Source of the DNA: Diadema antillarum
Lineage: Eukaryota
Direction of reading: 5' to 3'
Assembly (NCBI RefSeq): GCF_040938485.1
Contig: NW_027271070.1
Coordinates: 2,170,001-2,234,000, forward strand
Length of the DNA stretch: 64,000 nt
A model generated the notes under the pieces. The model did not search any database and was not told the DNA's origin. It saw only the letters and a program-made list of their open reading frames with translations. This document shows, one piece after another, positions 1 through 11,989 of this stretch; position 1 is the first letter of the stretch; each line of letters begins with the position of its first letter. The translations under genes and the position numbers were made by a program.

Positions 1-4
1 CTTT

Positions 5-158
5 NNNNNNNNNNNNNNNNNNNNNNNNNNNNNNNNNNNNNNNNNNNNNNNNNNNNNNNNNNNNNNNNNNNNNNNNNNNNNNNNNNNNNNNNNNNNNNNN
101 NNNNNNNNNNNNNNNNNNNNNNNNNNNNNNNNNNNNNNNNNNNNNNNNNNNNNNNNNN
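5..158. other. Assembly gap (N run)
   Basis: Run of N. Confidence 0.99.
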
Positions 159-828
159 GCAGCGAGGATTCAGTTTGATGACACGCGTGTTATGCAGGAT
201 TTTGTCACCTGAATCAGGGAGCGACTAAACAAACACACGTAGCTGCACCATGGATCTTATATTCCACCAAGAAAGTTACACTCATTGAATTCCAATTCTA
301 ATTATGTGTTTACATTTAAAATGGGAAATTTATGTCCTCTTTAGTAAGCAAACATTAAGAAGCATCCTGTTCATATTCTGCACTCACTGAACTATTAGTT
401 TTCATGGGTTCATTACCATTTTGTTGTATTCGCTCTGGTTACCCTAAAACTAGTCCTCTTATTGAAAGGTAACTATTTTACTTTTTCTTCTCCCGCTGTT
501 ATTTTCTTTCTCTTTGTTCCCCTACTCTATCAATTTCTTTTTGATGTACCCATATCCCTTCCTCGATAGTTCACGGGCCAGGCCAGATATTGGTATGTAC
601 AACTCATAGGTCCTACACTGTGGTGTTTACATCTCATGTATGATTGTTCTCTCTCTCTCCCCTCCTCCTCCTCCTCCTCCCTCATCATAACTCTCTATTT
701 CTGCCTCTCTTTCCCCGCCTTCTGTCCAGTAGGTAGAATGCACTCAAATTTCATGTTTGTCTGTTTGCATTTATTCTGTCTCGCAAGTCAAATCAACACA
801 GCAAAATTACTTTGTTGTGAATAATTAA

Positions 829-913
829 CCCGTTGTGGATGAGTCCCGAGTATACCCGGGCAGGTGTCTATGAGAAATGCGTATTGTAACAAAATCAGTC
901 CGTCCTCAACGGG
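829..913. mobile_element. Minimal piggyBac-like MITE (85 bp)
   Basis: TTAA-CCCGTTGTGGATG...CGTCCTCAACGGG-TTAA: inverted termini CCC...GGG flanked by TTAA at 825-828 and 914-917. Confidence 0.75.
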
Positions 914-1959
914 TTAAACAGACATAACTAAATTACAAAGGAGCAAAACAAAAGTACAATCGCATGTAATACTGCATTATAACTATTATAAAACTTTACC
1001 ATTGTAGGCCTATATGATATATCATAAAAGGCAAAACATTTGATTTAACAAGGAAGGAAGCAGGAAATCATCACTATTTCAATAAGCATATGAAGAATTA
1101 TGTGAATAGATTCTATCTCTTTATAATTACATTCAATTTCAATTTCAGTTTATTTGTGCAACTTTTTTTTTCCAAGAATACAACTTACAAACGAATATGC
1201 AATAACACCGATCTTTTTAGATAACATTTTTCTCAGGAAGATCAAGATCAAAGATCGAACAAAGTAGAATGAATCGTTACGGGAAAAAATATTGTAACAT
1301 TGTTGCATTGTCACCTTCATGACATGCTATATTACGTTTAAGGGGCCGTCAAAACAAATGTGTAAACATCGACAAGAAAACTTGATTCACAAGGAATCAC
1401 TCGCAGAAAAGGTGGGGCAGCGAAAAGGTACAAGTGCAGGGGGGAGGGGGGAGTCATGACTGGCCAGGTTTGATATCACTTTAATGGTGGAAAAAAAAAT
1501 GGGTATACTTCAAGATACCATAAACCAACATTTATAACTGAACAAATCTGTTCTGGCTCGAGGTAACATACACTCAGAAAGAAAAGAAAAAAAAAAGAAA
1601 AGAAAGTAAACACTTTTTCAAGTCCATATTTCTCATAGAATATTTGACTAAAAGTTAATGTATTATATACTATATGAAAGGTAATTTAATTGGCTATCAA
1701 CCTGGTAGGTCAATAAAAAGGGAAAATTTACGCATGAGCGAACACCTTTGTTTTTCTCTTCAAATAATACATTGATTTTCATTAGAATCTTCTATGAGAA
1801 ATATGAACTTGAAATGTGTTAACTTTCTTTTTTTCTTTCTTTTTTCTTTTTCGCTAGTGTGTTTTTGGTATACTTACTGTAAATGTTGATGTTCGAAAAG
1901 CATTGATATCATCTACTGTGTGAAATTAAAATTTATGAAATAAAGGATTAGTGTGTGCT

Positions 1960-2199
1960 GTAAAGGTAGATTTCGTACACATTTTCACAGCTTATTCCGA
2001 AAGTTGGTTAATACTCAAATTAAATAAGGTTCGTTATTTCGCAGGTTCATTAACCAGAAAATGAAATAAGGTTTGTTAATCGGAAAGCGAAAAGAAGTGA
2101 GTATTATACAACGAACCTTCGGAATAAGGGATTTTCTTTTCGTTTTTTTTTTTCTTTTTATTAACGGACCTTCGGAATATTCAAAGCGAACCTGTAACC
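1960..2199 (-). mobile_element. Degenerate foldback/MITE copy with (GGTTCGTTATTCCGAA)-type subterminal repeats
   Basis: Contains ttattccgaa / aaccttcggaata units; terminus (RC GGTTACAGGTTCG) matches the left end of the copy at 54450-54735. Confidence 0.6.
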
Positions 2200-2354
2200 C
2201 TCTATAATACCGTCAATTACAATTACGGTTCGCCCACCACAGAGACTGTAAGCAGATCAGGTAGGGGCGTATGACATTCCTTGAAGTAATGCGAGATTTT
2301 TAAGCCATCAAGAGTTTCCCTTAGTTTTTCATATAGCTTTATCATTATTGTTAC

Positions 2355-2683
2355 AGAGCCTCTGGTACCAAGCACAAGAATTCATCTCAGAATATCATTC
2401 AAACTGGACACTGATTGTTCAGGTCTTAAAACACAGGAAAATACACCGGCATGAAGCAGCGACGTTTCGCTAATTATTGATTGGCTTCCTCGGGCGAATG
2501 AAGATCCCGTTGAAGGAACAGCCATTAAACTGAATGAACTTGTTTGTAGAGTCTGCAAGCAGTGGACCTTACCCAACCAGCTCAAGACGTCTTGGGATCA
2601 TCTGACTGGCCTAGTCCCACGTGTACGCCAAATTGTAGCTGCGGTCTCCTTTCATGTTGAGAATACTCCCACTCATTCCTAGG
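2355..2683 (+). pseudogene. Degenerate LINE (CR1/L2-clade) ORF1 SGNH-esterase-like remnant
   Basis: One + frame reads ...KLDTDCSG...*SSDVSLIIDWLPRANEDPVEGTAIKLNELVCRVCKQW...DHLTG..., resembling the 'LPR..D....N..L..VC' and 'D..HL' blocks of LINE ORF1 SGNH domains; internal stop, no ATG; judged by eye. Confidence 0.35.
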
Positions 2684-4747
2684 TAGCTTCTTTTAATGTC
2701 ACGTTCAAATAATTTGGATTCCTTGTCCATTATTCCTGAGTATCAAACAAAATGTTTGCACTAATGTTTCCAAATACTTTATCTTACATATACATTCGAA
2801 ATTCGTCTTCAGAATATAACCTCTTCCGTTCGTGCTGTCTTTCATTCAGCGTCGTAACAATGACACTGGCTAGATATAAGACCACGCGACACGTTGGCCC
2901 GTTATGTATCATAGCTGCAGCCTGTTCGCACGCTGCACAGCAAGTCAGTGTTGTCTCAGTGCCATTAATGAAAGAGCGCCCCCTATTGGCATATCCCCTC
3001 CGGCCCCATGATTATTACTTGCACGAACGATTTTTATTACGCTGTTATCTTTATTTTTTCGGTATAATTGCTTTGTATTTAATGCAGTATATATTAATAC
3101 GTAGACAAAAATGAAAAACTATTATATTATTAACTATAAAACTTACAAAGTATTGGGAATTAATGGACGATGTACATCAGTGAAACATATTCACGGTACT
3201 AGTTTTTATTCTCAGATCGATTTAACCCTTCAAAAAAGCAAATGTTTTTAAGATCATCCGCACATTTACTTTCAGCGTTAAATAGCTCAAATTGCTATAA
3301 ATAAACCTGCTCAAGTGCGTTTTCTCTTTAAATAAAAGTTGGGGAGGTTTACCACAGAAATAATATAAAGTGCTATGTACATGTATCAGGCTAATGATAA
3401 ACGTTAATGAGACGCTCTCTATTCATCCATTCTCTTCTATTGTAGTAGACGTTTGCCTTCATTGTATATCCAAACAGACATTCTTTATTTCTTAAGCTTT
3501 TCTCTAGCAATATTTGAAGAGTTTGTTCGAAAAAACCGATAAGTCTATATTTGCCAAATGGAGATATATGCGATTAAAGGTCAAGAAAAATAAAGAGAAT
3601 AATAAGAAAATTTTTGCTTCTTTTGACGATAACTTCAAAAATGTACCTTTATATGTAGTGACCAATATATCATTTAAAAAGGTATCATTTTGTACTATAT
3701 AACAGATACCGTACTTCAAAATCTTCAAAAATGGACTTATCGGTTTTTGCAAACAAACTCTTCATTTCTTTATACCTTTATTTCATCACCTCGCCCACCT
3801 CTCTTTCACACAGCCACACACACACGCACACACTTTCTCTCCTATTCATCTGTCTGTTTATCTTGCAGTTTGCCGAGGTGAAGAAAAGAAAGAAAACAAT
3901 CATGTCAACAGCAAAATGCCGACAGATTTCAAAATGTCGTAGTCAGAAGTGAAGGGGTCATTATGGTTGCTCAAAACCTGACGGCAAATCTATGCTTATT
4001 CTTAACTTGTACCTCCTAATCCACTTTGCTCTATGAAACCTTTCAGGTTTTTTTTTTCTCTACTTTTCCCTGTTTAGGTATTTTCATTGTATTTTACTTA
4101 TTCATTGATTTATTTTTCAAATTTTCACTTGTTGCGCACCTTCCCAGACACCGAGAAAAGGCCTTGCCTGTAAACGTGCGGAATGCCTTTATACCCAAAA
4201 GTAGTTCGGACGAGGCAATTTTTCAGGTCTTCTTCCACTTGGAGGGGTTTTACTCCACAATCTTTTCAACAATGCACGTGTTTTTTGGTCTAATTTCCCC
4301 CGTGTATTACGCACGTGGGTGGAAAGACCGGCATGTTTGCATCAAAACAGATTTGCGTATACCACGAGAGTCCGTTCTTCTTCTTCTGATTTTTTTTCTT
4401 TTTATTTATTGTTCTTCATGACGCATCCTTTCACCGGGGGAAAACATAAGACGACGATTCCGCCAAAATAGAAAAAAAAATGAAAAAAAAAAATGGCATT
4501 TAGATTTAGGTATTGCCATTTAGACTTCACATAAGTAAAAAAATAAAATAAAAATAAGTTCGGGGAATAAGGCAATTTGTCAACATGCTGACATTGTGTA
4601 AGACTACCTCCAGAACATAATGAAAGAACGAACGTCAATACACATCTCTTACCCCCCCCCCCCCAAAAAAAAAAAAAAAAAAAAAGCTTATAGAAAAGGG
4701 GCAAAGAAAAAGAAGAGGAGAAGGCATGAATTATATACAACATTTAT

Positions 4748-4753
4748 ATATAC

Positions 4754-4809
<56 letters not shown>

Positions 4810-4810
4810 A
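4748..4810. repeat. (AT)n/(GT)n compound microsatellite
   Basis: Direct reading. Confidence 0.95.
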
Positions 4811-7629
4811 TGATTATAGTGAAAGAAATTAGACTTTGGGAAAGAAACAATCTCTAGCACTATATAATAATGATTATATATGTATGATATGATATATATA
4901 TATATATATATATATACATAAATATATACTTGTATGTGTCTGTATGTCTGTCTGTCTAATCCCTCGACATACTATAGTATTTCATCTGCATACTCACAAT
5001 CACACACGCACACAAACAGGCATCCGACTGAGTAAACGGACATATTATTCAGAGCACTGAAGTCAATCATGTGTTTTCAAGCAAGCATCGTCGCTTGCAC
5101 TTCATCGTTTTATTCTTTTTTTCGTCGCTATTTTCTCTTCACCAATACTCACAAAGAATGTAGATGAATTTTTTTTTTATCTCCTCTCCTCTCCACCCTA
5201 CCGACATCACCCTGGAATGTCAAAAATAACTTAATAAATAGTACTTTTGTTGTTCATAGATTCATAAATAATATTCTTTTCACTGATACTCCACAAACTC
5301 CGTTCAGCTCATACTATCTCTTACAGTACTAATTAAATAACTTACATTTGACAGTGACATTTAAAAACGCTATAATTCCATAATACACGTACACTTTGTA
5401 CAAGTATCAAAAGTCCAGAGGCTAAATCGATCATACGAAGTACCTCACATGAAACGAAAATGCCGATGTTCAAGTCACATTGAAAACTTATCGTCATAAA
5501 TATAAAATATATAATATTCATATATATTTTGTATATAAAACACGCCGCTGAATTTCACGGCAGCACACACAAAGTACGACTGGACCACTTACTTTGAAGA
5601 AAAAAAAAACTTTCATACAATCACGACGGAAACATGTACAACAGAATATAATAATGTTTAGCCTCAGATTGATTGGGGCACACGTCACTAGATTCTGGAT
5701 AATCAGATGTCCAAATGGAAGGACTTGTCATTATATTCTTTTAGGGGCGGGAATTTCGCATACGATTATCATTTGTTGTCGACTTCGATTACTTTTCATA
5801 CACAAAAAGAGAATACCATTCGTGGTGAAAACTGTCGCAAGGTTTCTTGATGAAAATAATCTTGAATACCGTGATATGCTTCATATTCCTCTCTTACTAT
5901 CTTTTCAATTACGTCTTCGAATTTCGCTTGAATGGTTTATATTTACGTCCCTTTCTCTTTAGTGTTATGTAGCCCACAACACACTAAAGAGGAACATGTT
6001 TAAGCGAGCCGTGCCGTTCACATTGTTTTTTTTTCTCCCTCGGGTCCAAGTCTCAATAGATGGCATTGCTTTAATCAAATTTGGCACTGGTTACTTTGAT
6101 TAGATTGTGATTGAGAGGAACTGACAGAAGAAAGCCTATATAAAGAGATGATGAAATAGAGAAAAAGATAGCAAAGGATCACATCTTTTGACAAGTCTGA
6201 ACAGGAGCTGCTGCCAAAGATTGCCAAGGGCTAATTTTGATCTGTTAGATTCACTCATTTGACTACTCCTCTTTTTGGTTTGTTTTATTCATTTAGATTT
6301 CAATTCAAACTTCGCACTTTATTTTCATTTTTTTTCCCAACAGATTGATGATTATTCTTTCTTTCTTTTTTTCAATTGCTCTACCAATAATGACGACTAC
6401 CCCCGAGTCTTCTCGTGGCTCCATCTTCAACATACACTATAGAAGATATTTCTAAACACATAGTATTCTACAAAACGAAAAAAAAAGATAGAAAAATAAA
6501 CATTTTAAAAGAGTCGACATACTTCTTAGGGCACTGTTCGGATAAGTGCATAGATTAATAATCCATTATTTGACATAGATAATAAGCTTGTAGAGTCTAC
6601 AATAGTCAATAAGCGTACATCGATCACATCTGACACATATCAAATCGATTTAGTACACACATGTTTTCTCGAAAATGGAAACACAAAAACAAAAAAAGAT
6701 GAAAAATGGACAACCAATTATCAACGGGCCTGCCCGCTGTCTGGTTATTCTCGTAGAGGGCGCTTCGATGCGCACAGTGAATCTATTATCTACTCGATCA
6801 CCTTCTTTAGCTCTAGTGCCTTGGAAACGAAAAGCGGTGATAACGCATTTGCTTATGCGACGAAATAGGGTCGACAGTTGCAGGAGCGGCTATCAACAAT
6901 GACATGAATACTATTACAAAAGACCGTCTTTGGTATAATCGCAGACTACCACTTACTTAGATAACGAAATAAGTTAAGAAAAGGCAAGATATTTGACAAG
7001 CTTCTTGAGACCTTAAACTCTGCTTAATATGCCACGACAGAGTTCGGATCTGGTCCCTTCGGTTCAAAATATAGATAAAGAAAGAAAGGAGGCATAACAC
7101 ATGCCTAATTCAAGAACCTGATTAAGGGATGAATAAGAACTACGGGCACTGAATTGACATTATGAAAACTCGTTTGCGACCACCGAGTGTTAACAATTTG
7201 TTGATACACTCGTCAATAAATAGATATAAATGAACTGAGAATAACTTAATTCAAGGTGTTCACATGAATACCAGCGCACTGGTGCAAATAACAATGCAAA
7301 AGGCTCAATAAATTAGCTGAATATATTCGGCTGTCTCAAAATATCTATTATCTAAAAACCCATATTCTTAAAGTCTGTAAGTGGTATTGGCCCAACCTTC
7401 GCTTTGACTTGCTTGTGTTCTTTGTTTATTTGTTTGTTTGTTTTTTCCAATGATTACAGCGCATATTCAACAAAACGAACACTATACACTTATTGCATGG
7501 AATCCTCTTACAAAGTGAATACACATAAAACTCCAAATCGCAGAGTCATCCAGAATATTGTTAAATGAAATTCAATTAGCAAAGCGCTTTTCACACAATA
7601 GCGCCCCCCATATTTTCATATCACACCAC

Positions 7630-8071
7630 TTATTAATATTTTTAATTATTTTTTATTCAAATCTAATAGAGCTGTTTTCTTAAATGCCAGTTAGCACGCA
7701 CACGTCCCGTTGTAATGACAACTTATGAATAACAAGCTATACATAGACATAGCACCCGTTTGCTTTTCAAGCACGTACATTTATGTGGCGATTCGCCATA
7801 CCAGAAATAAATAGCAGAGTAATAAATACATGTGCCTCAGTTAAAACGATGGTGTAATAAACAATAACTCGAATAAATGCACCAACAAGAGACTACGTTT
7901 CTTGCCGAATGTGGCTACGTACACAGGAAAAGAGTCCACACGGACAACATTAAAATGTGAAAGTATTCTTTTTTTCTATTTTTGCTTAATAAGACTTTCG
8001 AAATAAATTATTTTCAAAACATGATTACATAACTATGTGCTAATCAAATACAAGAACATAATATCCTCGTT
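7630..8071 (-). promoter_or_regulatory. 3'UTR with AU-rich elements
   Basis: Five ATTTA pentamers on the sense strand (+ strand TAAAT at 7681, 7808, 7823, 7874, 8004), several in TATTTATT context. Confidence 0.6.
7652..7657 (-). terminator. Candidate polyadenylation signal AATAAA of the cytokine-like gene
   Basis: Minus strand AATAAA followed by AATTAAA and a GT-rich tract (gtggtgtgat); ~415 nt after the stop; alternative AATAAA near 7425. Confidence 0.55.
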
Positions 8072-8290
8072 TTACCTAATAGATGCAGTAGCGTCCCTGT
8101 TTCTGTGTATGCTTTCTTGCATTCGCGCGTCGGGGTGTAGAACCTCGTTGCTATATCTGTAGATTTCGTACAGGACACATAGATCCCTTATATTCCTGAA
8201 ATGTTCGTCGCTCTGGTTGCGAAATGACTGGGCCAGGTTGCCGATAGCCGGGGTTTGGTTCACGCCTCGGGAATAGCCCTTGCGTTCCTT
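8072..8290 (-). CDS. Exon 4 (terminal) of secreted IL-6/CNTF/Unpaired-like helical cytokine: KERKGYSRG...FRNIRDLCVLYEIYRYSNEVLH...ASIR*
   Basis: Acceptor ttttccaactttcag|AAG; phase 0; 72 codons + TAA; in frame with exon 3; amphipathic helix-D-like segment. Confidence 0.88.
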   Translation of the reverse strand, partial: KERKGYSRGVNQTPAIGNLAQSFRNQSDEHFRNIRDLCVLYEIYRYSNEVLHPDARMQESIHRNRDATASIR

Positions 8291-8671
8291 CTGAAAGTTG
8301 GAAAAATGGGACGGGGAAAAAAATGGAAATGTTAATCAGCAATTTATCATCAACTGAGGTGTTAGGGCCTTAACACACGAACAGTTTCATTTACCACTGA
8401 CGATGAAGTTTTAACATCTATATTATTGTCCTGGGTTTATGACAAGTTTGCAGCAGCTGATACAAGATTGTCAAATTTCCTAACTGGACTGGACTGAGTC
8501 TGACAGTCCTTCTGCAAGTAGAAAGGTCGCTGTTACCTATCAAGGTATTCCCCAAAACAAAATGTTAAAATTATGTGCATTGAGAGACGTGATAGGCGAG
8601 GCGGTATCATAATGCTGATCATGAGGATGATAGGAAACTTATTCATTCACAGAGCTTCAGGGTGCACTTAC

Positions 8672-8968
8672 AAGGTCTCTGATCTTTTGCGTCGCCGTAG
8701 AGATGTGGTCTTTGATGTGCTTGAAGGTAGCGTCCCTGGCGTGCTGGTCCAGGAACCCGTCGGCGCCCATGTACATCGCTTCGTCGGAGATGACGAACTC
8801 CATCGCGCTGTAGTAGATGCCCAGGTTGGCCTCGTGCGTTTCCATCAGGTCCTCCTCGGAGTGGCTTAACCTCGTCGACGGTAGCTCCAGCTCCGTCACC
8901 TCGGGCATGCCCACAATTTTGAACGTGCGAGGGTCGACTTCCGTTTCGACACCGAAGCGCTGATTTTT
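8672..8968 (-). CDS. Exon 3 of helical cytokine-like gene: KNQRFG...IVGMPEV...EEDLMETHEANLGIYYSAMEFVISDE...TFKHIKDHISTATQKIRDL
   Basis: Acceptor tttgccccccgcag|AAA, donor CTT|GTAAGT; 297 nt = 99 codons; GC-rich with strong third-position C/G bias; phase 0-0. Confidence 0.92.
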
Positions 8969-10864
8969 CTGCGGGGGGCAAAGTATCAAAAATAGAGAGA
9001 CTCTTGTCAACGAATGAACATCAATACCTAAGGGCTATATAATCAATCATAATCGTGTGCTTTCGATTCGAGCGGGTTCCTTAATCGAGCTTATTTTCCA
9101 TGATCGATACTACTCTCCCTTTCACGTCCATTTTCGCCATGGTCCACGAGAATGCAATCGCTTCTCCTGCACTTAAAGCACACATTTCAAAAGTATCTTT
9201 ATGATAGCACGGGTGGCCAGGGGGCCGTGGCCAAGGGGCGACCCTCGATTGTTGGTTCCTTCCCCAGTCCACCCCCGCCCCTCCACCCCCACCCCCTCCG
9301 CCCCCTCTCACCACAACAGTCTAATCGATCCCTGTTCGTGTTCGGAGAAATATCAAGGTCACGGAAGAGAAAAATCCAAAGAACGCCGGAACATTGCCGT
9401 GGTATGTCATTGTTAGCCTTTTTGCTATTGTCGGCGACGGAGCATGAATTAATTACCCTTTTATCAGTCCCCCTGACTTATATGGAAAAGAGAATGAGAA
9501 AGAATGCAGGGTTGTAATGGGCCACCCTGTTACACGCGGCCAAATAGTAATCAATATATCGAATCTGTCGCGCCTGATCCGTGAATTCCCCTTCCTTTGT
9601 ATGTTGCTTTTCTCTAAATCCGCGCCTGGGAGAAAACCATGCGATCCTCCTATACTGTCCTTTCTCCCTGCCACTGCCTCAATATTATGTGGAAATATTT
9701 GTAAGGGATTTGTTCCAAGCCCCACAGTTTTGTTCAGACTGCAATACATATTATCATCATCTTTTTAGACGTTGCATATAATTGATGTACATTCATCACT
9801 GGTTGGAGCAACATGATAAAAAACACTGCCATTTCTTCTTCAATTCATAATGCCGAAAATGGCAATTATGTAAGGATAGAAACATACAATCATCATCTTG
9901 ACAATAAGACAACAGTTATTATGATGATAGTGATGATTACCACCCGAGGGAATTAGTTAACTTTTTTTTAAACGAAAATACAAATTTATTGAAACATGGT
10001 CAATAGTGAGCATGATGTAACCACAGATGATTGAATAAGAGCTGTACTGGACAAGAATGTAGTTTGGATAGATGTCCTTCCTCTCTTCGCTCCCCCCCCC
10101 CCCCCCCTCTCTCTCTCTACAGTAGCAAATGAAAAATGGCGCATGATGTGTTATTTGTGAGTGAGCCAGGTTTATACATAAGCTGACTCCCACGGCTTGT
10201 TTGCAGGATTTATGACGTCAGTATCTCGATCAGAGCTGTAGAGGGGCCTGAGTATTCTATTTGTTCAACACTCTTAACACTCTGCAGGAAATGAAATGCT
10301 TGGGACTGGGTGATGTCTTTTAGTTTCTACAGCATGATGAGTGTCACTGCGGGCAAAGTAGTAACAGTTTTGATGACAAGTGGGGAAAAGTATGCGAAAA
10401 GAGGAAATGAAATGGCTTGTGCAATGAAAGTATTCATCTGCACGTTGAACTGGATTCTATTGGCCAAGATGAGTGCACGGGCACAAGCGATTGTGACATC
10501 ATTACTTTGCGCCACTCTCGATCGATAACATTCTTTAGTGATAATAATATCATCACCGCAAAATTTCCCCACATCAACTTTGATCGTATGCTGGGTATGG
10601 GCGCAGATTCTTCTACCAATGACAGAGTGGTTATAGAAATGACATCAGTGATCAATACTCCCTCGTATCAGGATGCATCTCTGGAATTTGGGATTGAAGA
10701 AAGCGAGGAAGGGGTGAGAAAGGGACCCCCTCCCCCTCCGTCAACTCTTACAATACTTCTTGTAACTTACTACCTAAGCTAAGCTCTCTTCTACAAAATA
10801 GAAAGCGCTATCAACATCGAATCGAATCGAATCAAATCAAATCAAATATTGCAGAGGTACTTAC

Positions 10865-11037
10865 AAATTCTGTATAAACGTGCCTCGCGTTATAGGCTAA
10901 TGATAGAGTGGCGTCTGTAAGGAACTGATGGAGTTGTTCTGTCGAAGCTGCAGGTGTTTCGATATATTCCAATGGTGCGCTCGTTGGTGCAGCGAGCGAG
11001 AGGTATGATCTGCCCAGTAACATCAGGCCTAAGAAAG
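10865..11037 (-). CDS. Exon 2 of helical cytokine-like gene: (A)FLGLMLLGRSYLSLAAPT...QLHQFLTDATLSLAYNARHVYTEF
   Basis: Acceptor ttttttttgtccgttacgtccacag|CT, donor TTT|GTAAGT; 173 nt, phase 1-0; completes signal peptide and helix A. Confidence 0.87.
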
Positions 11038-11989
11038 CTGTGGACGTAACGGACAAAAAAAAAGTGAAATATTTAAATTCAGCCAACTGTTTAATTGGAA
11101 ACAAGAATAAATCTTGCAGTAGAGATCATTTATGAGTCGAATTCAAGAATGTGCTCGTGCTAAGTGTCCTCATTTGAATGGATACATGTTTTTAGTTTGC
11201 ATGTAAAAACAAAACATACGACTATACCACTACGCTTCAATCGAAAGAAATGAAAGGAGAGTTCGGAACATAGTTTCATTTGTTGGAGGCATTCACCGCG
11301 CGGAAGTGTCATAACAATGGAGCACGTGGTATGAGATGGGGGAAACAGAAAAAAAAAAAAATCAATAGCGCAGGAATGCAGTCGATTTGGCATGTCTCCA
11401 AAGAGCGTGCAAAAATGCCCTGGCAGCCCCACGTTACGATTGTTTACATTGATCTCGTGTGTACCCTTGGCTGCCAGTTCAAATGAGATATCGAGATTTC
11501 CACAATAAATTCGCATTAAACCGTGGAAAATCCTAAAAAGTGCAGATAATGCAACCGGTTTCGACGGCCAGATGAAGCTATTGGGCATCAACATAATATA
11601 CATAGAGGAGGCATCTCAAATTTGAATTTTATGACAGTCGCAGAGCTCACTGAAACACGTGTGACTTAAGCTAGCTTAGAGCATTCGCGATGCAAACGAT
11701 AAATGTATACATGGTATATATGCGCCGACCATCCATTTTGCTGATTTCATAACCTCTTATCAAACAAACACAGGCACAGCATAGTAAACGCCGTAGCCAG
11801 CAAGATTGATGGGTGCTCATTTCTTAAATAACCGTCACGCATGAAATAGCTTGTACACAAAACATTTGCCTTAGTGCATCGTTACAGTGATGAACACAAG
11901 ATTCATGATTATCATGAGACAAAATAGAAACACCTCGGTTGTCTCAACACTGTAAAAAAAGACAAAAACACCACAGTTGTAAGGCTTAC

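Noticed and set aside
2357-2473. + frame SLWYQAQEFISEY resembling helix A (SLAYNARHVYTEF) of the cytokine, i.e. a possible paralogue
   Set aside because: Only 13 residues; the frame closes after 38 codons with no donor or helix B-D motifs, and it overlaps a LINE-like remnant; treated as chance.
7100-7120. Alternative terminal exon (AG|G TTC TTG AAT TAG) using the AG|GTAAAA site at the end of exon 4
   Set aside because: The donor is weak, the frame already ends in TAA at 8072, and AREs plus AATAAA follow directly; a simple terminal exon is more parsimonious.
8573-8869. Plus-strand 98-aa ORF and alternative minus frame 8643-8981
   Set aside because: Antisense/shadow frames of the GC-rich real exon 3.
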